Positions 28,098 through 37,929 are shown, counted from the stretch's first letter. The stretch is 64,000 nt of DNA from a virus (IMGVR_UViG_3300033074_001257:21405-85404); one strand, 5' to 3'. Notes: generated by a model from the letters alone, not told the origin. A program made the numbers and translations.

Positions 28098-28880
28098 ATG
28101 GCAGTCAATGAAGGACAATTCTTTTGGTTCACGGGTGAAGTCGTTGACGTGGACGATCCACAAAAACTCGGTCGCGTCCGCGTCAAGACCCACGGCGACA
28201 CAGACGGCGACACCACTATCCAAAAAGACGATTTGCACTGGGCGCTCGTGTCAAGTGGAACCTTTTCAGCATCACTGAAGGGCGCATCGCTGTCACACGG
28301 TTTGGTGGTGGGCACGCAAGTCATCGGTTTCTACATGGACGGCCCGCTTAAGCAAGCGCCTTTCGTGATGTTCACATTCAACTCAAAGAGTGAAAACGTC
28401 TCAGACTTAAGTCCCGTGACCCAAGCGCCGCGCACAACTAAAAGCAAACTCACGAGTGAACCCACAAGCGGTGGCAGCCCAAAGTACCCACACAACAAGG
28501 TTCTGCAGACACCCACAGGTCACTTGATTGAGGTTGACGACACCAAAGGCAGCGAGCGACTGTCCGTCACCCACATCAGTGGATCAACTTATGAGTTCAT
28601 GCCAGACGGCAGTGTGCTGCGCAAATCGTCCAAGGGCTTGTATGACCTAGTGGCCAACGACAAAACGGTGTTCGTGGGCGGCAGCGTCAATGAAGTCATC
28701 AAAGGCAACTACACCCTGACGATTGATGGAAATTTCAACATCAAGTGTGCAAACTACAACATTCAAGCCCAGTCCGCGAACTACAAAATCGGCGGCGCGG
28801 TACAGATCAGAAGCGGCAGCTACCGACTTCAATCTGGCGGACAGTGTAAAATCAACGCCTCGATGATCTCACTAAACTAG
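28098..28880 (+). CDS. Baseplate central spike (gp5-like OB fold + beta-helix, no lysozyme domain)
   Basis: WFTGEV.DV.DP.KLGRVRV, YPHN.V..T..GH.IE.DDT.G.ER....H.SG, C-terminal beta-helix repeats. Confidence 0.88.
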   Translation: MAVNEGQFFWFTGEVVDVDDPQKLGRVRVKTHGDTDGDTTIQKDDLHWALVSSGTFSASLKGASLSHGLVVGTQVIGFYMDGPLKQAPFVMFTFNSKSENVSDLSPVTQAPRTTKSKLTSEPTSGGSPKYPHNKVLQTPTGHLIEVDDTKGSERLSVTHISGSTYEFMPDGSVLRKSSKGLYDLVANDKTVFVGGSVNEVIKGNYTLTIDGNFNIKCANYNIQAQSANYKIGGAVQIRSGSYRLQSGGQCKINASMISLN

Positions 28881-28910
28881 CAAACACGTTAACACGACGG
28901 AGACTTTAGA

Positions 28911-29351
28911 ATGGCCGGTTCAACCAATACCGATTACCTGCAAAAGAAAATCCTTGAGATGATTCTGTTGCAGCAATCGTTTACACCCGCCACTACCCTG
29001 TACGTTGGACTCTTCACGTCGGCACCTGGTCTGTCGGCAGCAGCGGCTGGAACCGAGGTTGTGCAGAACGCTGCTACAGCCTACGCGCGTGTGGCGATCC
29101 CCTGCACCACCGCAGATTGGGATGGGCCCATTGGCGTGGACATGCAATACAAAAACAAGAAGGACCTCGTCTTTCCTGTGCCCGGAACCCAAAGCTGGGG
29201 GTCTATCGTTGCTGGGGGTATCTTCGATGCAGCAACCGGCGGCAACCTGCTTTGGGTGACAAACATTGCCACGACCAAGACCATCACAGCAGGCGATGGC
29301 GCACCTAAAATCGCTGCCGGTGAGCTCGTCATTCAGCGGGCCACCTGCTAA
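28911..29351 (+). CDS. Small tail/virion protein
   Basis: LYVGLFT.AP.....EV.....YARV, F......WG......IFDAATGGNLL. Confidence 0.65.
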   Translation: MAGSTNTDYLQKKILEMILLQQSFTPATTLYVGLFTSAPGLSAAAAGTEVVQNAATAYARVAIPCTTADWDGPIGVDMQYKNKKDLVFPVPGTQSWGSIVAGGIFDAATGGNLLWVTNIATTKTITAGDGAPKIAAGELVIQRATC

Positions 29352-29364
29352 ACGTCCAGCCGTT

Positions 29365-29394
29365 AAAACCCCCACACGTCGTGGGGTTTGTTTT
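29365..29394. terminator. Bidirectional terminator between convergent genes
   Basis: AAACCCCAC-acgtc-GTGGGGTTT with A- and T-tracts on either side. Confidence 0.7.
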
Positions 29395-29404
29395 GAGTGA
29401 TGTT

Positions 29405-30385
29405 TCACTTGAGTGATTTTAGCCTCTGGTAGTCAAGGAACTCAGGGAACGATTCAAATAGCTTACTGCCCATAGGCAAGATCACCATGTGAGTGAGGTA
29501 TTCGTTTGAAATCAAGTTCAGGGCATTGTTGATGTCAAATTTGCACTTGATGGGCTTGACGATCATCGTGCCCGACGGGTCCGTTTGAATGACGGTGGTT
29601 GAGAAGATGTCGGTGTCTTTGCGGATGGGTCGATAGAACGGATTTTTATCCACGTCATCGGTTGACAGTTTTGACAGGGTCGTGATGAGGTCTAGGGGCT
29701 CAAATACCTTCTTGTTGAGCGCGTCTATTGCATATTGCAAGCGTTTCTTTGACGACCGGTACGATTCACCATCTTTGGGCTGATAGCCAAATGACGCGTC
29801 AAACACGCCGTGGTTGGTGCGAACGATTAGCGTGTCTTTTTTGATCTCTTTGACGACGATCTTGTATTCGCTGGGCGGCACCACGTCGTCAAAACGATTG
29901 CCGCCTTTCATCTTGCGATACTTCTCTTTGACTTCACTGGGCAGCGTGCATTCGATGACCACAAGGCGACTTCCGTCCGTGATGAGCGAACAGCCGTCAA
30001 TGGCATTTTCCTTGATGATCTTAACTGCTTCATCCACATTGTGTGACTTCAGTGCCTTGCGCAATACCTTGCCGTTGTTGCTGACGCCGCTTGCGGTTTT
30101 GGCTTTCGTTCCGTTGTCTTTCTTGTCAAAGCTGTTGTTCAGTGCCGAGTTCACGATAGACAGGAAATTGCCCTTTGAGTCCACAGACAAACCTTCCGTC
30201 CAGTCGCTGTCCGTGTCAACCAAAAACAACTGACTACAACCCACTTCATTGACCGTGTAGCGTTTAATCCGGTAAGTGGGTTCGTATGCGCGATCACGAA
30301 TCTTCGCAAGGCGCCACTTGGCATCTGGTGTGGGTTCACCCGTTACCTTGTCGCGCGGAAGTAACATAGCCACAGTCACACACAT
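29405..30385 (-). CDS. Putative Ntn-hydrolase-fold protein
   Basis: Starts M-C; LAKIRDR.Y.P and VRTNHG resemble Cys-nucleophile Ntn hydrolases. Confidence 0.5.
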   Translation of the reverse strand: MCVTVAMLLPRDKVTGEPTPDAKWRLAKIRDRAYEPTYRIKRYTVNEVGCSQLFLVDTDSDWTEGLSVDSKGNFLSIVNSALNNSFDKKDNGTKAKTASGVSNNGKVLRKALKSHNVDEAVKIIKENAIDGCSLITDGSRLVVIECTLPSEVKEKYRKMKGGNRFDDVVPPSEYKIVVKEIKKDTLIVRTNHGVFDASFGYQPKDGESYRSSKKRLQYAIDALNKKVFEPLDLITTLSKLSTDDVDKNPFYRPIRKDTDIFSTTVIQTDPSGTMIVKPIKCKFDINNALNLISNEYLTHMVILPMGSKLFESFPEFLDYQRLKSLK

Positions 30386-30511
30386 ATCACACCCTCCATC
30401 TGTTAGAGTCTATTTAAGGTGAGCGGGGGCGAAAAGCACTTTCACAAGATTCAATTTAAGTACATCTAATTCAAAAGACACAGCATTCACCCCACAGCAC
30501 AGGAACTCTAA

Positions 30512-30784
30512 ATGGACAACAACGCAGAAAGCAACGCAGAAAGCAACGCAAGCAAACAACAAGCCGAGACTGTGGCTGCCCCAACAAAATACTTCTGGCA
30601 GTCGAAGATCTTCTGGTCGTCGGTTGTGCTGTTCGTCATCGGCCTTGAACCCTACATCCCCATGTTGAATGAAGTGATCCCAGAGGGCGCTTCAAAGCGC
30701 GTGATCGCGCTTGTCTTGCCGCTGGTCATTTTGATGGCCCGCGCATACACGAGTAACCCTGCCCTGGTCGTAAAACGCGAATGA
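30512..30784 (+). CDS. Small 2-TM membrane protein, holin-like
   Basis: K..WQSK.FW, two hydrophobic segments, basic C-terminus. Confidence 0.45.
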   Translation: MDNNAESNAESNASKQQAETVAAPTKYFWQSKIFWSSVVLFVIGLEPYIPMLNEVIPEGASKRVIALVLPLVILMARAYTSNPALVVKRE

Positions 30785-30816
30785 TCGCCAGCAATCGCCG
30801 GTGCGCTCCATCAACT

Positions 30817-30842
30817 GCCTCACTTAACGTGGGGCTTTTTTT
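30817..30842 (+). terminator. Terminator-like hairpin
   Basis: GCCTCAC-ttaac-GTGGGGC followed by a T-tract. Confidence 0.65.
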
Positions 30843-30881
30843 GATTAAGTATTTGAAGCATTTCTAAAATGGGAAAACGCC

Positions 30882-32405
30882 ATGCGTCCGCTATTTTCAC
30901 TCAAAGGTTTAGCGTCCAAGCGAAGTGAGCCGGTCTTAAAAACCTTCGCCAATGCTGCGATTGATCACGATGCCTTGAACATCCTGTCCACCAGCGGCAT
31001 GAGCGACAGCACACAAATTCCAGTGTGGGGCATTGAAACCGACAGCCAAAAGATCCTCTCATACCGAAACATCGCGCTCAACTCGTACGTCGCACAAGCC
31101 ATCACCGAAATCAAGAATGAGAGCTTCGTGTTCAATGAGCACAACAAACGCGCCTTCGTGATCGACTTCTACGACAGCGAAAACTCACTCGTCGGTGAAA
31201 AGACGCGCGAGAAGATTGTTGAGGTTGTGAACGACCTTTACCACAAAATCAACTTTGAAGACAACGGCCTGATTTGGTTTGAAAACTTCTACGTGGACTC
31301 AAAGATCATCTTCCACGTCATCGTGGACAAGGAAAATGAGAAGGGCGGCATCTTGGATGTCGTGATGCTTGACCCGCTCAAAGTTCAAAAGGTGAAATTT
31401 ATCCCAAAGGCAGACAAAGACGGCGTCGTCGACCTAAACGCAGTGAAAGAAGTTTACGTCTACACGAACGAATCTTACACGGGCGACTTCACACAAGTTC
31501 ACCTTGAGGGCGACATCTACCCATCGTCTGTGATGCTGTCAGATGATGCTGTCATTGAGGTTACAAGTGGCAAGCGCGACGCTAAGAACAACAAAACCAT
31601 CGGGTGGCTTGAGACTGCTGTGATCCCACACAACAATCTCAAAATGATGGAAGAGTCCATGCTGATCTTTCGCATCGTTCGCGCACCCATGCGCCGCGCC
31701 TTCTATCTTGACGTCAGTAAGGTCCCGCCCACGAAAGCCGAAGCGCACATGAAGCAGTTTCGCGACAACATGAAGATCGACGTCAACTACAACCGACAAA
31801 CGGGCACCGTTAACGGCGATTCACATGTCCTGGGCATCTTGCACGACTACTTCATTCCACGAAGCGGCGGCGACAAAACGACGGAAATTCAGACCATTGA
31901 CGGTCAAAGCGACCAAAGCATTCTAGATGAGGTTGAATATTGCAAAGACCAATTGCTGTCGTCCTTGCATGTTCCAAAAAGCCGTTTCGTTCCTGAATCT
32001 AATTTTGACTTTGGCAAGGGCACGTCCATCCAGCGCGACGAATATCGCTTCAACAAATTCGTCAATCAGCTACGCAACCGGTTTATGATCTTCTTTGACG
32101 AATTGCTGAAGCGTCAACTTATCCTGCGGGGCATCATCAAACCCGACGAGTGGACAATGGTTCGGCAGTCGTATTTCTGGATTTTCACAGAAGACAACCT
32201 GTTCGCGGAGTGGAAAACCGCCGAACGAATAAATAATCAATTGGAGATGCTTGATCGACTGGGGGACAAGTTAGGTACGTTCTACAGCCGCGAGTGGGTG
32301 TGGGAAAACATTTGTCGCTTCACGGAAAGCGAAAAGCAAGCTATCAAGCAACAAATCGAAGACGAAGCCAGTCAAGCGCCCGAGCCTGACGACAGTCAAT
32401 ACTGA
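30882..32405 (+). CDS. Portal protein (T4 gp20-like)
   Basis: FYVD..I.FH, L.MMEES.LI.RI.RAP.RR.FY.DV..P..KAE, DYF.PR..G.K.TEI.T..G, I.RDE..F.KF...LR.RF. Confidence 0.95.
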   Translation: MRPLFSLKGLASKRSEPVLKTFANAAIDHDALNILSTSGMSDSTQIPVWGIETDSQKILSYRNIALNSYVAQAITEIKNESFVFNEHNKRAFVIDFYDSENSLVGEKTREKIVEVVNDLYHKINFEDNGLIWFENFYVDSKIIFHVIVDKENEKGGILDVVMLDPLKVQKVKFIPKADKDGVVDLNAVKEVYVYTNESYTGDFTQVHLEGDIYPSSVMLSDDAVIEVTSGKRDAKNNKTIGWLETAVIPHNNLKMMEESMLIFRIVRAPMRRAFYLDVSKVPPTKAEAHMKQFRDNMKIDVNYNRQTGTVNGDSHVLGILHDYFIPRSGGDKTTEIQTIDGQSDQSILDEVEYCKDQLLSSLHVPKSRFVPESNFDFGKGTSIQRDEYRFNKFVNQLRNRFMIFFDELLKRQLILRGIIKPDEWTMVRQSYFWIFTEDNLFAEWKTAERINNQLEMLDRLGDKLGTFYSREWVWENICRFTESEKQAIKQQIEDEASQAPEPDDSQY

Positions 32406-32409
32406 ACAC

Positions 32410-33636
32410 ATGGAGCACAACATGATCGACTTCACAAACCAACCTATCAAACTCTCTGAGGACTTCAAAAACGCACTGTCGCAAATCGTGAGCGATCGCG
32501 GCGTCCCGTTTCGCACGCCCATTTATGGGTTTGGCAGCCAAGCGGAAAGCGACGTGACCGAAACGGTGATGTTGACTGTGGCTGAAACCGTAAAGCACTA
32601 CGGCGCTTCTAAGATTGAGTTCAGCGACGACCTTCTGATCTTTCGCACCACCCAAAACGAATACAACATGATCAGCGACTACCTGTCAAAGTGTGAGTAT
32701 GTTGAGTCCGTCACGCTGATGGGTTATCACGTGAATGCCCTGGACAAATCGCTTCAGAAAATTGACGACATTGACCTGTTCACCCGCACCCAAATTGACG
32801 TCAGTCACAACGTGATTCTAGACTGGTACGTCACCATCGACAGCAAGTTCATCCATTATGCTAACGTGTACGCGATGGACGGCAGCAACGGAACCTTTGA
32901 TTCTGTACTGGACATGGTTGAATCTGAAGCGCCGCGCGAAATCACGAACGGCGACCTAACCATCCAAAGCAGCGACATGAATGAGTTCGCGCTTCAGTTT
33001 GAAACCAAATCGAAGAACGGCCGCGTCACCTTGCAGTCGTACGACATGGAGACCATTGAACTGGTTTTGACGTTTGATATCGTGGGCAGCACCATCACCG
33101 ACGACATGAAAAGCGTCATCACCGACGATCTGAACGACGCCTACGCACAAGTCTCAACGCAACTCTTTGAGCTGGGTTACATCTACGACGACAACCTTGA
33201 AAACACCGACGCAACTGCTACATTTCAATACACAGTTGAATCTGGATTCGTGACGGTGGATTTCATTCGCTTTGTGGCCACAGATGGAATCGCCACCGCG
33301 GCTGAAGTTCAGCATCTTTTCCCAGACGCCACCATCTACGTATCGCAAAGCCCATACGAAACCGACTACGACGACACACTGCACGAAGCGTTCCGCGTGA
33401 TCAAAGTCAACAGCCGCGGTCAAAAGACAGTCAAGATGAAGTGCCAACCTGGACAAAAGTACGATGTCGCGAAACACACTTGTGTCGTCATGAGTGGCGC
33501 AGAACGCAACGTGAAACGCATTGCCACGAAGCAAGCTGTTCGCACCAAAAAGGCAGCGGGGTCTGCTGCGAAAAAACGCCAAGTGAGACTGACACGAAAG
33601 GCCCTGCTGAAGCGTCGCCAGTTTGGGCTGAACTAA
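32410..33636 (+). CDS. Probable prohead core protein (long acidic N-terminus, basic gp68-like C-terminus)
   Basis: Lies between portal and protease; C-terminal RVIKVNSRG...C..G.K......M...ER..KR. Confidence 0.5.
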   Translation: MEHNMIDFTNQPIKLSEDFKNALSQIVSDRGVPFRTPIYGFGSQAESDVTETVMLTVAETVKHYGASKIEFSDDLLIFRTTQNEYNMISDYLSKCEYVESVTLMGYHVNALDKSLQKIDDIDLFTRTQIDVSHNVILDWYVTIDSKFIHYANVYAMDGSNGTFDSVLDMVESEAPREITNGDLTIQSSDMNEFALQFETKSKNGRVTLQSYDMETIELVLTFDIVGSTITDDMKSVITDDLNDAYAQVSTQLFELGYIYDDNLENTDATATFQYTVESGFVTVDFIRFVATDGIATAAEVQHLFPDATIYVSQSPYETDYDDTLHEAFRVIKVNSRGQKTVKMKCQPGQKYDVAKHTCVVMSGAERNVKRIATKQAVRTKKAAGSAAKKRQVRLTRKALLKRRQFGLN

Positions 33637-33662
33637 CACTTGCGCACACAAGGAGCAGCAAA

Positions 33663-34352
33663 ATGAGCAATCTCTTGATTGAAACCGTGGACACTTCGCT
33701 AACCGAAACCAAGATTGTTGAAAACGAAAACGGCGAACGTGACTACTACATCAGCGGCATTTTCATGCAAAGCGAGGTCGTGAACGGCAACGGTCGAATC
33801 TACCCACGCGAAGTGATGAAACGCGAGTGCGATCGCTACATTGAAAACTACATCAACAAAGGTCGCGGGGCGGGTGAACTTGAGCATCCAGAAAGCGGCC
33901 GAAGTGACGCCATCAATCTGCGATACGTGAGCCACAAGATCATCGAGCTAAAAGAGGAAGGAAACAACTGGGTAGGCAAAGCCCTGATCACCAAAAACAC
34001 GGCCACGGGCGGCACCGTCAAGGGCTTGCTGGATGCGGGCATTGTCCTGGGCGTCAGTTCACGCGCTCGCGGTTCTGTTAAGAAAAGCGGCAACGTGAAC
34101 GTGGTACAAAACGACTTCCGACTGATCACGCCCGCAGACATTGTCTACGAACCCAGCGCACCTGATGCACTCGTGACTGCGATCATGGAAGGACAGCAGT
34201 GGGTGTATGAAAACGGCGTGCTGACGGAGCGTGAGATTGAGGACGTGCAGGCTTATGTAAATAAAAACATTAGAGAACACACACGAAACAAGGCCATTGT
34301 CGAGCACATGTTTCAGAAGATCATGTCAGATATCAAAAGCAAAGGAGCTTGA
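33663..34352 (+). CDS. Prohead protease (T4 gp21-like)
   Basis: YI.GIFMQSE..N.NGRIYP, GELEHP, VSHKI..L, GVSSR..GS, D.V..PSAPDA.V..I.E. Confidence 0.93.
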   Translation: MSNLLIETVDTSLTETKIVENENGERDYYISGIFMQSEVVNGNGRIYPREVMKRECDRYIENYINKGRGAGELEHPESGRSDAINLRYVSHKIIELKEEGNNWVGKALITKNTATGGTVKGLLDAGIVLGVSSRARGSVKKSGNVNVVQNDFRLITPADIVYEPSAPDALVTAIMEGQQWVYENGVLTEREIEDVQAYVNKNIREHTRNKAIVEHMFQKIMSDIKSKGA

Positions 34353-34357
34353 TAAAA

Positions 34358-35305
34358 ATGGGTACCACAGAACTGCTCGGAGCATTGGCACAAAATGTCG
34401 ATGGCGAAACTCTGAAAATGATTGAAGATGGTCTGGCCAAAGCCATTGCCACTGCGGCAGATGACGCCAAGTGTGAAGCTGAAGCAGCGGCGGCAGTTAA
34501 GATCGACGACCTCGTCGAACAAAACAACGCCCTGAAACAGACTATCGAAAGCAACAAAGACGCGCACCTGGTTGAAAACATCACCCTGGTTACGCAACAT
34601 CAAGACGAGATCAAAAAATTGCAGTCCCTGGCTGAAGCCTATGCGACACAGTGTGTCAATGAAGCCGTGGACAAGAAGATCATCGAAGCCCGCGAGCAAC
34701 ATGCTAGCGTCGTTGCACAGTACACTGCACAAATTGACCAAATCAATGAAGCAGCGTCAAAGTACGCCAACCACGTTCAAAGCGAGCTGACCGAACAAGC
34801 GACCGAGTACGTGACGAAAGTCATTGGCGAATACAAGGCCGAACATGAAACCATGTTTGAGTCCATTGCGAAGTTCAACCAAATGAACGGTCTGGTTGAG
34901 GGCATCAAGAACCTCATGGGTGCCGCAGGCTTCACACTCGACGACAGCGTCCGCTTTGACAATCTGCAACGTCAGGTAAATGAGGCACAGCAGCAGCGTG
35001 ATGCTTTGCAACAGCAACTGAACGAAACGGTTAACCGACACAATCGCGAGAAGATTTTTGAGTCGCTGACTCACGACATGTCTGAACTTCAGCGTGAGCG
35101 GCTGGCTAAACTGAGCGAGTCCATCAAAGTCACTGAGGTGGGTGAATACAGCAGTGTACTCACTATGTTGAAAGAAAGCATCACGTCGCAGAACGTCAAA
35201 GTGGCTGCCTCACTTAACGAATCTGTTGACGTCGTGCCGCAAATCCAAACCCCTGTAAATAAAACCACAGATGTAACAAAAGCCGTCCTGTCCGGACTGA
35301 TTTAA
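34358..35305 (+). CDS. Prohead scaffold protein (T4 gp22-like)
   Basis: Coiled-coil, acidic, lies between protease and capsid genes; L..SQ.E.L..L.E-like C-terminal motif. Confidence 0.8.
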   Translation: MGTTELLGALAQNVDGETLKMIEDGLAKAIATAADDAKCEAEAAAAVKIDDLVEQNNALKQTIESNKDAHLVENITLVTQHQDEIKKLQSLAEAYATQCVNEAVDKKIIEAREQHASVVAQYTAQIDQINEAASKYANHVQSELTEQATEYVTKVIGEYKAEHETMFESIAKFNQMNGLVEGIKNLMGAAGFTLDDSVRFDNLQRQVNEAQQQRDALQQQLNETVNRHNREKIFESLTHDMSELQRERLAKLSESIKVTEVGEYSSVLTMLKESITSQNVKVAASLNESVDVVPQIQTPVNKTTDVTKAVLSGLI

Positions 35306-35322
35306 AAAAGGAGCAACACGCA

Positions 35323-36558
35323 ATGACTACCACCCAGCGACTGTGCGAAGAAGCCGGCATCAAAGAGATTATGAATTACTCCGCACCCGGCGTGCCTAAA
35401 ATTGAAGCCAATTCACTGCGCGAAGATGTCACCGCCCAGCTGATTAAAAACACCCAGACCAACATGAACGAAAGTCTGTCTGGCGTGGCCAACATGGAAA
35501 CCTGGTCGCCTATCTTGATGTCGATGGTGCGCCGTGCAGTTCCGAAACTGATCGCCTATGATGTTATGGGCGTGCAGCCGATGACTGCTCCGACCACCCT
35601 GATCTTTGCGCTGAAAGCTCGTTACGGCGTGGGTGCAGATGCGCACACTCCCGCTGAAGCGATGGGCGTGAAAGAAGTCGACACCGGATACTCAGGTACC
35701 GGAACCGATGCCCAAGTGGGCGCATCGCCCAAGAACAGTTTTGACGCTGCTTCGTATCCTGATGCTGCGCCAGGCACCGGTAAGGCCACCACCGCCGGTG
35801 AAATTGATCCGTGGGCACAGATGGGCATCACCATTGAAAAGACTGCGGTTGAAGCCAAGACCCGTCAACTGCGAGCCGACTACAGCCCGGAGCTGGCGGA
35901 GGACATGAGCCGCATTCACGGACTGAACGCGCGGACCGAGCTGATCAATGCCCTGTCGAATGAAATCGTCAGTGAAATGAACCGCGAGATGATCCGTACC
36001 ATCTACTCCGCAGCCAAGCCGGGCGCACAGTGGACCGCCACTCCAGGTGCCTTTGATCTGTCAACCGATGCGGGCGGTCGCTGGGCCAATGAGAAGTTCA
36101 AAGGTCTGCACTTCGCCATCGAGCGTGATGCCAACCGCGTTTCGCTTGAAACCCGTCGCGGTCGCGGCAACAAGCTGATCGTCAGTGCCGACGTGGCTTC
36201 GGCGTTTGTTGCAGCCGGCATCCTGGACTTCGCGCCCGGTCTGCAAGCGCAAATGGATCTTGAAGTTGATCCGACCACCACCACCTACGCCGGCAAGATG
36301 GGACATTACGATGTCTACATCGACCCGTATGCTGTAGGCGACGGTTACGTCATCGGCTATCGCGGTGATCGTTACGACGCAGGTATTTTCTACTGCCCGT
36401 ACATCCCTCTGCAAATGTACGCCGCTGTGACCACCACCAACTTCACGAACGCCCTGGGCTTCAAGACTCGTTATGGTCTGGTTGCCAACCCGTTCACCTC
36501 GCTGAACGTGAACTCGAACGTCTATTACAGAAAAACAAAAGTTTCTGCTTTGATCTAG
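35323..36558 (+). CDS. Major capsid protein (T4 gp23-like)
   Basis: P.L..MVRR..P.LIAYD..GVQPM..PT.LIFAL, EAKTR.LRA.YS.ELA.D...HG, EMNRE.I, G.FYCPY.PL, GFKTRYG...NPF. Confidence 0.96.
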   Translation: MTTTQRLCEEAGIKEIMNYSAPGVPKIEANSLREDVTAQLIKNTQTNMNESLSGVANMETWSPILMSMVRRAVPKLIAYDVMGVQPMTAPTTLIFALKARYGVGADAHTPAEAMGVKEVDTGYSGTGTDAQVGASPKNSFDAASYPDAAPGTGKATTAGEIDPWAQMGITIEKTAVEAKTRQLRADYSPELAEDMSRIHGLNARTELINALSNEIVSEMNREMIRTIYSAAKPGAQWTATPGAFDLSTDAGGRWANEKFKGLHFAIERDANRVSLETRRGRGNKLIVSADVASAFVAAGILDFAPGLQAQMDLEVDPTTTTYAGKMGHYDVYIDPYAVGDGYVIGYRGDRYDAGIFYCPYIPLQMYAAVTTTNFTNALGFKTRYGLVANPFTSLNVNSNVYYRKTKVSALI

Positions 36559-36587
36559 GTGTTATTTTTCAATAACTTACAACAAAA

Positions 36588-36611
36588 ACTGGGCCTCGTG
36601 CCCAGTTTTTT
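36588..36611 (+). repeat. 24-bp terminator hairpin, copy 1 of a direct repeat flanking the HNH gene
   Basis: ACTGGGCCTCGTGCCCAGTTTTTT, identical to 37807-37830. Confidence 0.9.
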
Positions 36612-36670
36612 ATTGACGCCGCATTTGCGATTGTCGTGTGCCTTGCTATAGTAAGAGTTTTAATGCGAAG

Positions 36671-37804
36671 ATGACGGTTATGAATCAACATGAGATGCTT
36701 ATGCGAGCTAAAAGTGAAATGGAACACCACATTAAATCTGAGCACCACTTTAACCGTTACCTGAAATTCATTGAATCTCGTAAAAATCGTCAACTGTCAA
36801 TTAATTCTTATATCGAAGTTCACCATATCCTACCACGTTCATTGGCACCCAAATACAAGAAGCTAAAAGACCACCCTTGGAATGCTGTTTCGCTCACGCC
36901 GCGTGAACACATTATCGCTCACATAATGTTATATCGTGCCTGTGGCGATCGAATGAAATTTGCTTTGAAGCTACTTCTTGATCTTGAGAATCTACACGGC
37001 CGTATAAACTCGCGTCACTTTGCTCGCCTACGTGAAGGGCTGATAGATGCTCGTAAAGGTCACGGAATTTTTAAAGACAAGGACGGCAACCGTTTTATCA
37101 TGAAAAGTGACGACCCACGAATTGCTGAACTTGGTCTCGTGGGCAACAACAAAGGAAAAAAGCTCACAGAAGAGCAACTTGCCCAAATGCGCATCAGGGC
37201 TAAAAACAAACCCACCGCAGTGGTCTTAAAGTTATATGCCCTCACAAACACAGTGACATTTACACGCGCGAACGGCAACCTACACCTCATTGACGAATAC
37301 TTGTCACAAGGGTGGTTGCCCTACAAAGTTGACACCGCACTAAATCTTGAAATGGCAAAAGACAAAGTTTCACAAGCCCTAAAAGGTCGCGTTACTGCAT
37401 ACGACAAAGACGGCAATTACCTCGGTAGGTTTTACAGCGATGACGTCGTGTGGTCACAGCCTGGCGTTAAAAACTACCAAAAGACAGAAAAACGAGCAAA
37501 GCAACTAGCAGATCGCATCGAGAAAGCTAAACAAGCAAACATGGGCACCAAAGTCTACAACAACGGAACGGTGGCCATTAAAGTGAAGATTGGCGATGAA
37601 GTTCCTGCCGGTTTTGTTAGCGGTGGACTGCCGCGCCCATCACGCCAAGGTGCAATAAGCAAACGACGAGTGACATTCACCCACGCCCAAATGGCGAACG
37701 CACTAGAAACACACAAGTCCATCCGTGCCGCTGCACAGTCACTTGGAATCAGTGACGTCACATTTAAAAACATCACAAAGCGTGAAGGATATGTATTTGA
37801 TTAA
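36671..37804 (+). CDS. Free-standing HNH homing endonuclease
   Basis: YIEVHHILPRSL.....D...N.V.LT.REH.IAH, NUMOD-like basic repeats, C-terminal HTH-like SIRAAAQSLGIS; more AT-rich than neighbours. Confidence 0.85.
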   Translation: MTVMNQHEMLMRAKSEMEHHIKSEHHFNRYLKFIESRKNRQLSINSYIEVHHILPRSLAPKYKKLKDHPWNAVSLTPREHIIAHIMLYRACGDRMKFALKLLLDLENLHGRINSRHFARLREGLIDARKGHGIFKDKDGNRFIMKSDDPRIAELGLVGNNKGKKLTEEQLAQMRIRAKNKPTAVVLKLYALTNTVTFTRANGNLHLIDEYLSQGWLPYKVDTALNLEMAKDKVSQALKGRVTAYDKDGNYLGRFYSDDVVWSQPGVKNYQKTEKRAKQLADRIEKAKQANMGTKVYNNGTVAIKVKIGDEVPAGFVSGGLPRPSRQGAISKRRVTFTHAQMANALETHKSIRAAAQSLGISDVTFKNITKREGYVFD

Positions 37805-37806
37805 CC

Positions 37807-37830
37807 ACTGGGCCTCGTGCCCAGTTTTTT
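37807..37830 (+). repeat. 24-bp terminator hairpin, copy 2
   Basis: Identical to 36588-36611. Confidence 0.9.
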
Positions 37831-37929
37831 TACGGCTTCAAGACGTCAAGCGAAGCCCAAGCACAGCAGCAGCACAGCAACACGCGAAGCGCGACTAAAT
37901 TACACACAAGCAAACTTGAGTCACTTGTG

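Noticed and set aside
28098-28880. gp5 lacking a lysozyme domain as a novelty
   Set aside because: Common among non-enterobacterial T4-like phages and contractile injection systems.
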